DNA of 64,000 nt from an uncultured Candidatus Binatia bacterium (GCA_965214605.1 OZ243961.1:1248001-1312000); one strand, 5' to 3'; counted from the stretch's first letter, positions 26,411 to 37,953 are shown. Numbers and translations are program-made. The notes: a model not told the origin generated them from the letters alone.

Positions 26411-27761
26411 TCTGCTGCTCCGCGAGCCGGGCGACCATGCCAGCCCCCTGTTCATCGAGCACCTGAACAAGTCGGTTGCTCGTCCCCGATACGATCGTAT
26501 GCAGGAGGACAATCGGAATCGCCACGCTCAGCCCCATCTGGGTCGTGACCAGGGCTTGTGAAATTCCGCTTGACATGGTGCGCGGGTCACCTGTCCCAAA
26601 CAGGGTAATGGACTGAAAGGTATCAATCATCCCGACGACTGTGCCGAGCAGCCCCAGCAACGGGGCGACCCCGGCCAGGATGCCAATCGTGGACAGGCCG
26701 CGTTCGAGCCGTGGGATCTGATTGAGGATGACTTCATCGAGGCGGGCCTCCAGAGTGGTCACATCTTGATCTGTATCGTTGTGATAGACGAGCATCACCC
26801 GGCCTAGCGCGTTGTCAGTCTGTGGGGCGTCAGTCTGGCGTTGGGCGTTGATACGCCGGCCTTCCAACCACAGGTAGCCGATGCGTTCCAGGCTCAACAC
26901 CAGGGCGAACAGGCCGATGGCGAGGATGATATAGCCAATGACGCCGCCCTGTTCCAGACGTTCCCATACATCTGGAGTCTGGACGAGCGCGGCTAAAATA
27001 GCCCCCCGCGACGGATCTACGCCGAACGTGCTGTAGCCTTCTGTGATCTGTTCAAGATCTTGGGCGGCGCTCTGGTACTGCTGCTCTGGCTGGCGCGTCA
27101 ACTCTACGAGTTGACGCGTCTCTGGCACATAGCGCAGATATTTCCCCTGCGAGATCGTGTTAAATGCACCAACCCGGACAACCTCACGATCTGACTGCTC
27201 GCCATTGGCGTCAACGATCGTCGCCGGGAATTTCACCACCCGCCCAGACTGCGCCATCTCTTCCAGCAGTGTGATCCACAACTGTTCGAGCTTTTCCAGC
27301 GAGGGCAGCTCTTTGCTCTCGCCTACGGCGTAGAGGAAGTCCGCACGGTCACCAAGCTGGGCGGACACGAGTGAGCTGTCGAGCAAGCCGGCGGTATCAC
27401 GGGCTACCTGCCGGACTACGCCAAACAGTTCGCCGAGTGAGGCTGCCCGCTCATCGAGCTGGGTGCGTAGCTCTTCCAAACGGTCTTCGTTCTGCTCAAA
27501 AGTCGTCCGCTTTTGCTCGCTCTGGCGCTGTATCTGGCCAAGGTCCGCCCTGGCCTGTTGGAGACGCTGCTGCTGCTTGTCACGCTCTGCCACAAAACGG
27601 GCTTCACGTTCAGCGTGTAGCTTGGAATCGGCCTGCCGCTCGGCCTGAACGCGCTCAATCAATTCCTCAAGCGAACTCGGAGCCTCTTGAGCAGCAGGGC
27701 TTGACCACCCGGGCAGAGCCAGGAATACAAGCCACACCGTATGCCAGTATATTCTCCTCAC
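26376..27761 (-). CDS. Large MotA/TolQ/ExbB protein with periplasmic coiled coil (TtpC-like)
   Basis: GELFGVVRQ, VRVGAFN, DPSRGAIL, APLLGLLGTVVGMI, GISQALVTT. Confidence 0.88.
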   Translation of the reverse strand: MRRIYWHTVWLVFLALPGWSSPAAQEAPSSLEELIERVQAERQADSKLHAEREARFVAERDKQQQRLQQARADLGQIQRQSEQKRTTFEQNEDRLEELRTQLDERAASLGELFGVVRQVARDTAGLLDSSLVSAQLGDRADFLYAVGESKELPSLEKLEQLWITLLEEMAQSGRVVKFPATIVDANGEQSDREVVRVGAFNTISQGKYLRYVPETRQLVELTRQPEQQYQSAAQDLEQITEGYSTFGVDPSRGAILAALVQTPDVWERLEQGGVIGYIILAIGLFALVLSLERIGYLWLEGRRINAQRQTDAPQTDNALGRVMLVYHNDTDQDVTTLEARLDEVILNQIPRLERGLSTIGILAGVAPLLGLLGTVVGMIDTFQSITLFGTGDPRTMSSGISQALVTTQMGLSVAIPIVLLHTIVSGTSNRLVQVLDEQGAGMVARLAEQQNESSRTSPESA

Positions 27762-28534
27762 CGTGTCCCCTCATCTGGAGCGGAGACAGGCAGTGTGAGC
27801 AGCTGTGGGGTCGATTGTTTCTGGGCAACGAGCAGGCCACGCGCAATGGCAGGCTGGTAGGTCTGAGGTAGGGACTCCCACTGTCCAACACTCTGATTCC
27901 ACTGCCCGACCTGTCGGCCGTCCAGACTCTGGTAGAGCAGCGCCAGCCGGCCAACCCGTAAGAAATCGACTGTCCGTTCCTGACCGTCCAGGGTCAGCCC
28001 TCCTCGATATGCCTCAATCGTCCGACCGTATTCCATCTCAACCTGATAGGCTTCCATGATGCGGCGATATTTTTCGGCAACCACCAGGTCAGGCTGGTCA
28101 AGCCAGCCCCGCAGACTGACCAGACGCGCCTGGCGCTCTTCGGATAGAAAGGGAATGTCCAGGGCGACAAACTGTTCAAGGCGGTCCAGCATACGGACCA
28201 GCAGAGGCACGATCTCGCGTTGCGTAACTTCAATTTCCTGCAGCTGCACCCCGAGGGAGACGACTTCCTGCTCCTGGGCAACGAGCATGCGGTCGAGTTG
28301 TTCAACATATATCCGGAGGCTCTCGGTCTGCTGGACAATCCCTCGATAGGAGTTGAGCAAACGCTGGGTTTCGTCATCTAATCGATCAATCTTTTCCTGA
28401 GAGCGAATGCCAGCTTGCGTTGCTTCGGTCTGGGCCTTGAGGGACGACTCCAGGACTTGGGCTGCTGGCAGCCCTGTCCAGCTCACCAGGCCCATCCATA
28501 TCAACAGCCATAGCAAACAGATCCTAGGCACCAT
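27758..28534 (-). CDS. DUF3450 family protein (TtpB-like)
   Basis: SQEKIDRL, DIPFL.EERQAR, EKYRRIMEAYQVEMEYGR, VDFLRVGR. Confidence 0.88.
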   Translation of the reverse strand: MVPRICLLWLLIWMGLVSWTGLPAAQVLESSLKAQTEATQAGIRSQEKIDRLDDETQRLLNSYRGIVQQTESLRIYVEQLDRMLVAQEQEVVSLGVQLQEIEVTQREIVPLLVRMLDRLEQFVALDIPFLSEERQARLVSLRGWLDQPDLVVAEKYRRIMEAYQVEMEYGRTIEAYRGGLTLDGQERTVDFLRVGRLALLYQSLDGRQVGQWNQSVGQWESLPQTYQPAIARGLLVAQKQSTPQLLTLPVSAPDEGTR

Positions 28535-28632
28535 ACGTTCTCCCGCTCGCCAGGAGAAATACCTGAATTCCACCGCAAAAGAAAGAGCCTTGTCAGACAA
28601 GCTCAGAGGGCAAAACTGTCTCGAAGCGATCC

Positions 28633-30765
28633 CTACCCCACTCGGGCCAGCTCCAGGCGTCCGGCCCACCGATCCTCAAGAATCGCCCGTATCCGACGTG
28701 AGGCTGGTGAGGTCAACTCAGGATCTTTTTCTAACCACGCTTGGGCTTCCTGCCGGGCGGTTTCGAGGATACGGCTATCACGGACGATGTTGGCAACCCG
28801 AAAATCGGGCAGACCAGATTGGCGCGTGCCGAGAAATTCCCCAGGTCCCCGAAAGGCTAAATCAGCCTCGGCAATCCGAAAACCATTGTTGGACTCGGCC
28901 ATGATCTGAAGACGCCGGATGGATTCGTCCGCCGGTGTATATTGGGCTAATAAAATACACAAGGACTCGGCCTGTCCGCGACCAACTCGTCCGCGGAGCT
29001 GGTGGAGCTGCGAGAGGCCAAACCGCTCGGCATGTTCAATCAGCATGACCGTAGCGTTGGGTACATCAATGCCGACCTCGATGACGGTCGTCGAAACGAG
29101 CAGTTGATAGTCTCCGTTTTGAAAACGGCTCATAATCTCGTCTTTGGCGTCACTCTTCATGCGACCGTGGAGGAGAGCCACGGCATAATCCCGAAAGACA
29201 CCGGTAGCTAATTCCTCGGCCATGCTCGTCGCGGCTTTGAGCTCTAATTTCTCTGATTCTTCGACCAACGGGTAGACCACATAGGCCTGATGGCCACGGT
29301 CGAGATGGTCTTTGAGCAGTCGATACACCTGTTGGCGTTCGCCCTCATGAAAGACACGGGTAGTGACCGGTTTCCGGCCGGGCGGTAACTCGTCAATCAT
29401 CGATACCTCAAGATCCCCGTAGATGGTGAGCGCCAGCGTGCGTGGAATCGGGGTTGCGGTCATGAGCAGCATGTCTGGATTGGCGCCGCGTCGCTTTAAG
29501 GCGGCGCGTTGCATCACCCCAAACCGGTGCTGCTCATCCACAATGGCTAAGCCGAGCTGACGAAAGCTTACCCCCTCTTGGATGAGCGCGTGGGTACCGA
29601 CGACGATCTCAATCTCGCCCCGCTCCAGCATATCGTACACTTCACGTTTGCGTTTGGTATCGCCGGTCAACAGCGCGATAGATACCTGGAGCATGTGAGC
29701 CAAAGGGCTGAGGGTACGAAAATGCTGTTCGGCCAGAAGTTCAGTCGGGGCCATAAAGGCGACCTGGAAGCCACTGTCGAGGGCTGCCATCGCGGCGCTA
29801 AAGGCGACTATGGTTTTACCCGAACCGACATCACCCTGGACCAAACGGTTCATCGGATGGGGAGCGGCCATATCGCGATGGATGGCCTCTAACACACGCT
29901 CTTGAGCAGCGGTCAGATGAAAGGGTAAGGCCTCGCGCAGACGGGTCGAGAGGATACCTGGCACGATGGACAAACCGTCCTCTTTGACTAGACTCCGGCG
30001 CCGCAGCGCCATGCCTAGCTGGAGGTAGAACAGTTCGTCAAAGACAACCGCTCGATGCGCCTCAGACGTCACCTTGTTGAGCGACCTGAGGTCGGCATCG
30101 GCCGGCGGCAGGTGCAGGTAGCGCAGAGCGTCGCTCAATTCCATCAGGCCTAAACGTGCGCTGCACTCGGGAGGTATGCCTGTGGGCACCAGATTGGCGT
30201 ACGCCTCGACCACGCCGTGCACGAGGCGACGCATGGCCACGGTCGTCATCTCGGTTGTTTTGTTGTAGATGGGGAGGATGCGCGCCGTCTGATCCTCTTG
30301 GTCGACTAGCTCGATATCCGGGTGAATCATCCACTTACCACCCTTGAGGCCCAGATCGACTTTACCAAACAGCAGGACGCGCTGACCAACTTGATATTTC
30401 TGCTGGAAATAGCGGTGTTGGTGATACCACATCAGAAACAGAAATCCGGTCTCGTCCTGAACCACCCCTTCGAGCACCCAGCGGCGGCGCTTACCCATAA
30501 AGCGCCGACCCATGCGGACTAATCGACCCACCGTTGCCTCCTCCTCACCAGCGGCCAGGTCGCGAATCGTCTTCAGCTCGCGGCGGTCCTGATAGCGAAA
30601 CGGAATGTGGTAGAGTAGATCCTCAACCGTGTGGATACCAAGCCGCGCCAGCTGTTGAGCACGCTTTGGTCCAACCCCTTTCACATACTGGGCAGATTTT
30701 TTCAGTGCTGGAGCGGCACGGAAGGAAGAAGACCGAACGGTTTGCGGGGCGAAACGCTCGGTCAT
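28633..30765 (-). CDS. recG: ATP-dependent DNA helicase RecG
   Basis: KGVGPKRA, MNRLVQGDVGSGKT, DEQHRFGV, MTATPIPRTL, QLHQLRGRVGRG, RGPGEFLGTRQSG. Confidence 0.97.
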   Translation of the reverse strand: MTERFAPQTVRSSSFRAAPALKKSAQYVKGVGPKRAQQLARLGIHTVEDLLYHIPFRYQDRRELKTIRDLAAGEEEATVGRLVRMGRRFMGKRRRWVLEGVVQDETGFLFLMWYHQHRYFQQKYQVGQRVLLFGKVDLGLKGGKWMIHPDIELVDQEDQTARILPIYNKTTEMTTVAMRRLVHGVVEAYANLVPTGIPPECSARLGLMELSDALRYLHLPPADADLRSLNKVTSEAHRAVVFDELFYLQLGMALRRRSLVKEDGLSIVPGILSTRLREALPFHLTAAQERVLEAIHRDMAAPHPMNRLVQGDVGSGKTIVAFSAAMAALDSGFQVAFMAPTELLAEQHFRTLSPLAHMLQVSIALLTGDTKRKREVYDMLERGEIEIVVGTHALIQEGVSFRQLGLAIVDEQHRFGVMQRAALKRRGANPDMLLMTATPIPRTLALTIYGDLEVSMIDELPPGRKPVTTRVFHEGERQQVYRLLKDHLDRGHQAYVVYPLVEESEKLELKAATSMAEELATGVFRDYAVALLHGRMKSDAKDEIMSRFQNGDYQLLVSTTVIEVGIDVPNATVMLIEHAERFGLSQLHQLRGRVGRGQAESLCILLAQYTPADESIRRLQIMAESNNGFRIAEADLAFRGPGEFLGTRQSGLPDFRVANIVRDSRILETARQEAQAWLEKDPELTSPASRRIRAILEDRWAGRLELARVG

Positions 30766-30805
30766 GAGAACGTCCTCAGTGGTGACCTTTGACTTTTGAC
30801 TTGAC

Positions 30806-33800
30806 TCACTCTCCCCACCCCGTCCCATGTGCAGTGCGCTGTTTACCCCGCATCACCCCCTGGGCGTGATATTCCTGCACCGGCTTCACGTCGAGTAGGC
30901 CATGGCGCAATCGGCTAATACCCTCAGCCGCCGCGTCGGCACCGGCCATGGTGGTGAAATACGGTACCCGACACTCTAGGGCGCTGCGGCGGATGGAAAA
31001 GGAGTCGGCCAGCGACCGCATGCCGTCGGTGGTATTGATGACCAGGGCAATCTTTCCGGCCTGTATGGCATCCACAATGTGGGGCGAACCTTCTTTGACC
31101 TTATTGACGCTGTCAACGCTGAGGCCGGCCTTGCGCAGATAAGCGGCGGTTCCTCGGGTCGCCATCAGCCGGAAGCCATTCCCGAGCAGACGCCGGGCGA
31201 TCGACAGGCTGGCGGCCTTATCCTGATCTCTGACACTGAGCAAGGCTTGGCCGTGCATCGGCAACGCCGTGCCGGCCGCGGTTTGGGCTTTGGCAAACGC
31301 CATACCAAATGCGGCGTCGATACCCATCACCTCGCCGGTTGATTTCATCTCTGGTCCCAGTACGGTATCGACGCCGGGAAACTTAATAAAGGGAAAAACC
31401 GCCTCTTTGACACTCACATGTTTGGGCACGATCTCGTGGGTATAGCCGAGTTCAGCCAAAGTTTTGCCGGCCATGATCCGGACGGCGGTCTTGGCCAGTG
31501 GCAGACCGATCGCCTTGCTGACAAACGGCACTGTGCGTGAGGCGCGCGGATTGACCTCCAGGACATAGACGGTCTGGTTCTGGACAGCAAACTGGATATT
31601 GATGAGGCCCACGACGCGCAGCTCGGTGGCCAACAGAACCGTCTGGCGCCGGATCTCGTTCTGGACCGTGGGGGATAAATTTCGGGGCGGCAGCGAGCAG
31701 GCGCTGTCTCCGGAGTGCACTCCAGCCAATTCAATGTGCTCCATAATGCCGCCGATAACCACGGTCTGGCCATCGCTGATCGCATCCACATCAACCTCGG
31801 TCGCATCGTCAAGAAACTTATCGATCAGGACCGGATGTTCAGGCGAGACCGAGACCGCCTCGCGCATATAGCGCTGCAGGCTGGCCTGGTCATACACAAT
31901 CTGCATGGCCCTCCCGCCCAACACGTAGGACGGCCGGACCAAGGTCGGATAGCTGATCTGCTCGGCAATACGTAAGGCCTCTTCGGCGGAGCGAGCACTC
32001 CCGTTTGGTGGCTGACGCAAGCCGAGTTTTTCGAGCACGGCTTTGAAACGTTCACGATCTTCAGCTCGGTCTATGGAGTCAGGGCTCGTCCCCAAGATAG
32101 GTACTCCGGCTCGCTCAAGCGGCACAGCCAATTTGAGCGGCGTCTGACCGCCAAATTGCACAATCACCCCAAACGGCCGCTCGACCCGCACAATACTCAA
32201 CACGTCCTCAAGCGTGAGCGGCTCAAAGTACAGTTTATCCGAGGTGTCGTAATCCGTGCTCACCGTTTCCGGGTTACAGTTGACCATAATGGCCTCAAAC
32301 CCATCATCCTTAAGAGCAAAAGAAGCGTGAACACAGCAGTAATCAAACTCTATGCCCTGACCGATCCGGTTGGGTCCGCCGCCCAAAATCATCACCTTGC
32401 GGCGCGTGGTCGGTCCAGCCTCGTCCTCGCCCTCATAGCTTGAATAGAGATAGGGAGTGTGGGCCACAAACTCGGCAGCACAGGTATCGACCGTTTTATA
32501 CACCGGCCTAATAGCGTGCTGTTCGCGCAATCGGCGCACCTCGGCTTCGCTGCGGCCGGCTAGTTCGGCCAAGCGATAATCGGAGAAGCCCATCTCCTTG
32601 GCCGCTCGCAGCAGGTGGGGCCGCTCAAGAGCGAAGGGTGAGGCCTGCAGTTCTGCCTCAAAGTCGAGAATTTGGACAAGATTGTCCAAGAACCACGGAT
32701 CAATCTTCGTAATCTGATACAGCTCCTCAACCGCCATGCCCAAGCGCAGCGCCTCAGCCGCATACCACAGGCGGTCGGCCCTGGGCGTGCGAAGATAGTC
32801 ACGGATGTGCCGGAGAAGTTCTTGGCGGCTCTTAGACTCTGGGCTTTTGACTCTTGACTTTTCAAACCGCTCGTCCAGCCCATAGCTGCCGATTTCCAAG
32901 GACCGGAGCGCTTTCTGCAACGCCTCTTTAAACGTCCGACCGATCGCCATGGCTTCGCCGACCGATTTCATCTGCGGTCCGAGCACGCTGTCAGCCTGGG
33001 GAAACTTATCGAAGGTAAAACGCGGCATTTTGACCACGACGTAGTCGAGCGTCGGTTCGAAACTAGCCGGCGTTTCGCGCGTAATGTCGTTCGGAATCTC
33101 GTCGAGCGTATAGCCGACCGCCAGCTTGGCCGCAATCTTGGCGATCGGAAAGCCGGTCGCTTTGCTAGCCAGGGCAGACGAGCGTGAGACGCGCGGGTTC
33201 ATCTCAATGACAACCATCCGGCCGCTATCAGGGTCGACGGCAAACTGGATATTTGAGCCGCCAGTATCGACCCCAATTTCACGGATAATCCGCAGGGCCG
33301 CATCCCGCATGAGCTGATACTCTTTGTCGGTCAGGGTTTGGGCCGGCGCAACGGTAATCGAATCGCCGGTATGAACGCCCATGGGATCGAGGTTTTCAAT
33401 CGAACAGATAATGACGACATTGTCGTTGGTGTCGCGCATGACCTCGAGTTCAAATTCTTTCCAACCCGCGATCGACTCTTCGATCAACACCTCAGTGCTG
33501 GGAGAGCTATCCAACCCCCACTCGACCAAGCGTCGAAAGTCGTCAAGAGACTCGACGATACCACCACCGGCCCCACCCAAGGTCCGCGACGGGCGGACAA
33601 TCAGCGGCAGACCGAGTTGGTGCAACACCTGCTGTGCCTCCTGGTAGGAGTGGGCATAGCCGCTCCGCGGTAGGTCGAGCTGGATACGCTCCATAGCGGC
33701 CTTAAAGAGGTCTCGGTCTTCGGCTTTTTTAATCGCCGGCAGCTTGGCGCCAATCAGCTCAACCCCATAGTGGTCGAGCACCCCAGCCTCGGCTAGGCCT

Positions 33801-34099
33801 ATGGCAAGATTGAGCCCAGTTTGACCGCCGATGGTCGGCAACAGTGCGTCGGGACGCTCGTGGGCGATAATCTTTTCCAGGACTTCAAGCTGCAGCGGCT
33901 CAATGTAGGTCTGATCGGCAAACTCCGGGTCGGTCATAATCGTAGCCGGGTTCGAGTTAACGAGAATGACCCGATACCCCTCGGACTTGAGCGCCTTGCA
34001 AGCCTGGGTGCCGGAGTAATCGAACTCGCACGCCTGGCCGATAATAATCGGCCCGGAGCCAATCAGGAGAACAGAGGCGATGTCGGTTCGTTTAGGCAT
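30806..34099 (-). CDS. carB: Carbamoyl-phosphate synthase large subunit
   Basis: [25 protein letters not shown]; duplicated ATP-grasp domains; MGS domain. Confidence 0.98.
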   Translation of the reverse strand: MPKRTDIASVLLIGSGPIIIGQACEFDYSGTQACKALKSEGYRVILVNSNPATIMTDPEFADQTYIEPLQLEVLEKIIAHERPDALLPTIGGQTGLNLAIGLAEAGVLDHYGVELIGAKLPAIKKAEDRDLFKAAMERIQLDLPRSGYAHSYQEAQQVLHQLGLPLIVRPSRTLGGAGGGIVESLDDFRRLVEWGLDSSPSTEVLIEESIAGWKEFELEVMRDTNDNVVIICSIENLDPMGVHTGDSITVAPAQTLTDKEYQLMRDAALRIIREIGVDTGGSNIQFAVDPDSGRMVVIEMNPRVSRSSALASKATGFPIAKIAAKLAVGYTLDEIPNDITRETPASFEPTLDYVVVKMPRFTFDKFPQADSVLGPQMKSVGEAMAIGRTFKEALQKALRSLEIGSYGLDERFEKSRVKSPESKSRQELLRHIRDYLRTPRADRLWYAAEALRLGMAVEELYQITKIDPWFLDNLVQILDFEAELQASPFALERPHLLRAAKEMGFSDYRLAELAGRSEAEVRRLREQHAIRPVYKTVDTCAAEFVAHTPYLYSSYEGEDEAGPTTRRKVMILGGGPNRIGQGIEFDYCCVHASFALKDDGFEAIMVNCNPETVSTDYDTSDKLYFEPLTLEDVLSIVRVERPFGVIVQFGGQTPLKLAVPLERAGVPILGTSPDSIDRAEDRERFKAVLEKLGLRQPPNGSARSAEEALRIAEQISYPTLVRPSYVLGGRAMQIVYDQASLQRYMREAVSVSPEHPVLIDKFLDDATEVDVDAISDGQTVVIGGIMEHIELAGVHSGDSACSLPPRNLSPTVQNEIRRQTVLLATELRVVGLINIQFAVQNQTVYVLEVNPRASRTVPFVSKAIGLPLAKTAVRIMAGKTLAELGYTHEIVPKHVSVKEAVFPFIKFPGVDTVLGPEMKSTGEVMGIDAAFGMAFAKAQTAAGTALPMHGQALLSVRDQDKAASLSIARRLLGNGFRLMATRGTAAYLRKAGLSVDSVNKVKEGSPHIVDAIQAGKIALVINTTDGMRSLADSFSIRRSALECRVPYFTTMAGADAAAEGISRLRHGLLDVKPVQEYHAQGVMRGKQRTAHGTGWGE

Positions 34100-34134
34100 G
34101 AGTTTTTCCTGGCCGCTTGCGACTAGACGTCGAC

Positions 34135-35268
34135 CTACCCTCTTTTGTAGTGGTCCATTAAGGCGGTGAAGCGGGCAAAGACATAGCCCGCGTCGTGTGG
34201 CCCCGGGGATGCCTCGGGATGGTATTGGACAGAAAAAAGCGGATGCTGGATGTGCCTCAGTCCTTCCGCCGTCTGATCGTTGAGGTTGACATGGGTAACC
34301 TCGGCCCGCCCGTCTAACGAGGCGATGTCAACACAAAAGCCGTGGTTTTGGGAGGTAATTTCAACCTTTTGGGTCGCCATGTCCATGACCGGGTGATTGC
34401 CGCCGTGGTGACCGAACTTGAGTTTGAAGGTTGTGCCTCCCAGCGCCAGTCCCAGGATCTGATGTCCCAGACAAATCCCAAATATTGGGACCCGCCCAAT
34501 CAGAGCGGCCACATTGCGTTTGGCATACGGCACCGCGTCAGGGTCTCCAGGACCGTTCGACAGAAAGACGCCGTCAGGTTTGAGAGCCAAGACCTCTTGG
34601 GCTGGCGTATGGGCCGGTACGACCCGCACCCGGCAGCCAGCCGCCACGAGCTGACGTAAAATGTTGAACTTCACGCCGTAATCGTAAGCCACGACAGAAA
34701 AGGACTGATCTCTCCCCGTTCCTTCTGTGTTGCTGTAGCCCGAGCCAAGTTCCCAGAGCCCCTGCCACCAGTCGTAGGGCTGGGCACAGGTCACCTCTTT
34801 GACCAGATCCCGACCCTCTAAGCCTGGCGCTGCCCGAGCTTTGGCCACGAGCTGCTGGGGATCGAGTTCAACGGTTGAAATAACGGCTTGTTGGGCACCA
34901 TAATCGCGGATGTGGCGAACCAGCGCACGGGTGTCAATACCCTGAATGCCGACAATATTGTGCTCGGCCATATACGTGGCAAGGCTCTGTTGGGCCCGCC
35001 AACTGCTCGGTCGGTGCCAATATTCCTTAACAATAAAGCCTTCGACAAACGGCCGACGGGATTCAACGTCTTCAGGATTGACACCCACGTTGCCAATCTC
35101 GGGATAGGTCATGGTGACAATTTGACCCTTGTAAGAAGGATCGGTTAGAATCTCCTGGTAACCGGTCAGCGAGGTATTAAACACCAGCTCGCCGACCGCT
35201 TCCCCCTCAGCGCCAAAGGCGGTTCCGTGGAAAACCGTTCCGTCCGCAAGGGCAAGCAGGGCTTTCAT
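34135..35268 (-). CDS. carA: Carbamoyl-phosphate synthase small subunit
   Basis: [49 protein letters not shown]. Confidence 0.98.
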   Translation of the reverse strand: MKALLALADGTVFHGTAFGAEGEAVGELVFNTSLTGYQEILTDPSYKGQIVTMTYPEIGNVGVNPEDVESRRPFVEGFIVKEYWHRPSSWRAQQSLATYMAEHNIVGIQGIDTRALVRHIRDYGAQQAVISTVELDPQQLVAKARAAPGLEGRDLVKEVTCAQPYDWWQGLWELGSGYSNTEGTGRDQSFSVVAYDYGVKFNILRQLVAAGCRVRVVPAHTPAQEVLALKPDGVFLSNGPGDPDAVPYAKRNVAALIGRVPIFGICLGHQILGLALGGTTFKLKFGHHGGNHPVMDMATQKVEITSQNHGFCVDIASLDGRAEVTHVNLNDQTAEGLRHIQHPLFSVQYHPEASPGPHDAGYVFARFTALMDHYKRG

Positions 35269-35332
35269 AATCAACAAGAGTCAGTCTGCGTTGATGAGGG
35301 ACGCTCCCAACTTCTCAGCAAGCCGCCACACT

Positions 35333-36658
35333 CTATCCTCTTTGACCTTTGATCGTATGACTTTGGACATGTCTTCCATCATACACGACCTGTCCGTTCA
35401 CCAATGTCAGCATTGCTCTGCCCTTCATGTCTTGGCCAACAAAAGGCGTGTTTGTACTTTTTGAGTGCAACCTGTCTGCGACAACGGTCCAAGACTGATT
35501 GGGATCAAAAACTACCACATCGGCGGGTGCGCCAACCGACAGGCTCCCGTAGGGCAAGTGGAAGATCCGGGCCGGATTCCAGCTCAGCTTCCGAACCGCC
35601 TCACTCAGAGACAGAACGCCAGCCTCGACCAGGCCCAAGGTTAGCGGCAGGGCTGTCTCTAAACCGACGACGCCGTGGGCCGCGCGTTCGAACGCACCAG
35701 CTTTGTCATTCCGATGATGGGGCGCATGATCGGTGGCAATGGCATCAAGCGTCCCATCGCGCAGGCCTTCTCGCATGGCTTCGACATCTGCGGCCTGCCG
35801 CAATGGCGGAGCCATCTTGGCGTTGGTCTGATATGCCTCTACAGCCTCTTCGGTCAGGCTGAAATGGTGTGGCGCAACCTCGGCGGTGACCGGCAGACCG
35901 TCTTTTTTGGCCTGACGAATGAGGTCGATCGAGCCACGGGCGCTGACGTGGGCCACATGGATATGCCCGCCGGTCAGGCGGGCAAGGGTCAAATCTCGGG
36001 CAATCATCACCTCTTCGGCCGCATTAGGGACCCCCTTACGTCCCAGACGGGCGGCAGTTGGCCCCTCGTTCATACTGCCTCCGGCAGACAGGGTGAGATC
36101 TTCCTCGTGGACGCTGATGGGAAGCTGTAAGTCCGCGCACCACTCAAGGGCCCGGCGCATCAGCTCGGCGTTCATCACCGGTCGGCCATCATCGGAGACC
36201 GCCACAATCCCGGCTTCGCGCATCTCACCGAGCGGGGCTAAGCTTTCGCCTTTGAGCCCGACCGACAGGGCTCCGATAGGCAACACCCGAGCCAGGTTTG
36301 CGGTCTGAGCTCTGTCGATAATAAAGCGAGTGACGGCACTATTATCGTTGACCGGATTGGTATTGGCCATGCAGGCGACCGTGGTAAACCCGCCCGCCAC
36401 TGCGGACTGGGCACCGGTCCGGACGGTTTCTTTGTACTCATAGCCCGGCTCACGAAAATGCACGTGGAGGTCGATAAAACCAGGCGCAACAACCCACCCC
36501 CGGGCGTCCACATCCAGAGCGTCCACACCGGACAGCTGAGCGACGCTCTCGGGCGACTCCACGCCTCGGATACGCCCATCCTCAATCACAAGGTCAGCTG
36601 GCGCATTCATATTGTTGGCCGGGTCAATCAGGATTCCGTTACGAACGACAACTCTCAT
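35333..36658 (-). CDS. pyrC: Dihydroorotase (type I)
   Basis: PGFIDLHVHFREPG, MANTNPVND, AEVAPHH, IATDHAPH. Confidence 0.95.
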   Translation of the reverse strand: MRVVVRNGILIDPANNMNAPADLVIEDGRIRGVESPESVAQLSGVDALDVDARGWVVAPGFIDLHVHFREPGYEYKETVRTGAQSAVAGGFTTVACMANTNPVNDNSAVTRFIIDRAQTANLARVLPIGALSVGLKGESLAPLGEMREAGIVAVSDDGRPVMNAELMRRALEWCADLQLPISVHEEDLTLSAGGSMNEGPTAARLGRKGVPNAAEEVMIARDLTLARLTGGHIHVAHVSARGSIDLIRQAKKDGLPVTAEVAPHHFSLTEEAVEAYQTNAKMAPPLRQAADVEAMREGLRDGTLDAIATDHAPHHRNDKAGAFERAAHGVVGLETALPLTLGLVEAGVLSLSEAVRKLSWNPARIFHLPYGSLSVGAPADVVVFDPNQSWTVVADRLHSKSTNTPFVGQDMKGRAMLTLVNGQVVYDGRHVQSHTIKGQRG

Positions 36659-36725
36659 CGGGCTGCTCTCCTTCCACAAGGGACGCTCCGGTGCGATCCT
36701 GCGGTCAAGAGACAGACATGGCGAT

Positions 36726-36763
36726 AAAAAAAGGCCCCCTTGACAGTGCAAGGGGGCCTTTTT
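36726..36763 (-). terminator. Intrinsic terminator in the pyrC leader (tenA terminator and/or pyr attenuator)
   Basis: AAGGCCCCCTTG / CAAGGGGGCCTT stem with T-tracts on both strands. Confidence 0.85.
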
Positions 36764-36908
36764 GAATATCACAATAGAACAAGGGTGCTCACCCGTCCTC
36801 ACCTCTATAAGGCTGGCTCAAGAATCCATTTCGTCTTAACCGGCTCCACCTGATGTGTCAAGCGGCCCGCCCGCAACATCTCCCTGGCCACAGGACCCCA
36901 CCCCCTTG

Positions 36909-37568
36909 TTATACTGGCCACTGTTCCATTCGGTACGACATCTCCCAGAAGAGGCACTCATAGCGCGCACTGCGACAAAAGACATCGACCAACTGTTCGG
37001 GCTCGGTTTTCCCGGCATAGCCATCGAGGAGTTCACGCAGCCACGCGGCCAAGGAGGCAAACTCTTCAGACGCGTACATATCAATCCATTTTGCGTAAAA
37101 CGGTGCATCAGCCGGTTTGCCGCGCCGAGCCAATGTCTGGCCAATCTCGGCATAGCTCCACTGGCACGGGAGCAGAGCCGTAATGGTTTCGGCCACGTCG
37201 CCGAGCGAGGCCACCCGCAACAGATGGCTGGTATAAGCCGAAGTCGTGGGCGCGGCCTGGGTAGCAGCCAACTCCTTAGCGGTAATGCCGCACTCGGCCG
37301 CAAATTCACGGTGCAGGGCCATCTCGCGGTTGAGCGTGGCGTCTAAGAGATGGGCAAAGCGGGCCATGGTCTCAAGACTCGGCGCTTTGGCCGTGGCCAG
37401 TGCCAAAAGACGGCTGTATTCAATTAAAAAGATATAATCTTGGCGCATATAGAAACGAAATTTTTCCAAGGGCAGAGAGCCGTCACCAAGAGACCTCACA
37501 AAAGGATGGGCGAGCAATTGTTGCCAGACCGGGGCCGCGGCTTGGTACAGTTGGTGTGTCAGTGTCAT
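36909..37568 (-). CDS. tenA: Thiaminase II / aminopyrimidine aminohydrolase
   Basis: HPFV..LGDGSL..FRFYMRQDY.FL, ALLPCQWSY, WIDMY, E..FWEM. Confidence 0.93.
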   Translation of the reverse strand: MTLTHQLYQAAAPVWQQLLAHPFVRSLGDGSLPLEKFRFYMRQDYIFLIEYSRLLALATAKAPSLETMARFAHLLDATLNREMALHREFAAECGITAKELAATQAAPTTSAYTSHLLRVASLGDVAETITALLPCQWSYAEIGQTLARRGKPADAPFYAKWIDMYASEEFASLAAWLRELLDGYAGKTEPEQLVDVFCRSARYECLFWEMSYRMEQWPV

Positions 37569-37738
37569 GCCGCTTAAGGTATAAAGGAATATCGAATCCA
37601 GCTAGGGGGTCCCTCTAGATCGAACGGACCGACTTAGGCTATATACAGGGCAAGAGGTGATCATCCATCACATACATCGAAGAGAGCGAAAGAATAGCAC
37701 GATTACCTTTTGAAGACCCGACTACAAAGGAGGAGCGT

Positions 37739-37933
37739 ATGCCACAAGTTATCGGAGGAGAAGCCACGACCATGGATACGGAGCAATGGAGCTGCGGCGA
37801 CTGCACCGAGGCCGGTCAAGAGTATAAAGAAGAAGAAGCAAAAGTGATCCTGCACAGCGTCAGCGCCCACCGGGCGTTTGAAGTCAAACGGGATACCGAA
37901 AACAAGGTCGTCCGAGCCGTGCCCAAAGGCTAG
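37739..37933 (+). CDS. Small hypothetical protein with a CxxC motif
   Basis: Strong RBS AAAGGAGG and its own terminator. Confidence 0.55.
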   Translation: MPQVIGGEATTMDTEQWSCGDCTEAGQEYKEEEAKVILHSVSAHRAFEVKRDTENKVVRAVPKG

Positions 37934-37953
37934 TTCTCACAATGAAGCCGTTG

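Noticed and set aside
37569-37738. TPP riboswitch upstream of tenA
   Set aside because: No CTGAGA ... ACCTG ... AGCGNAGG core was found on the minus strand.
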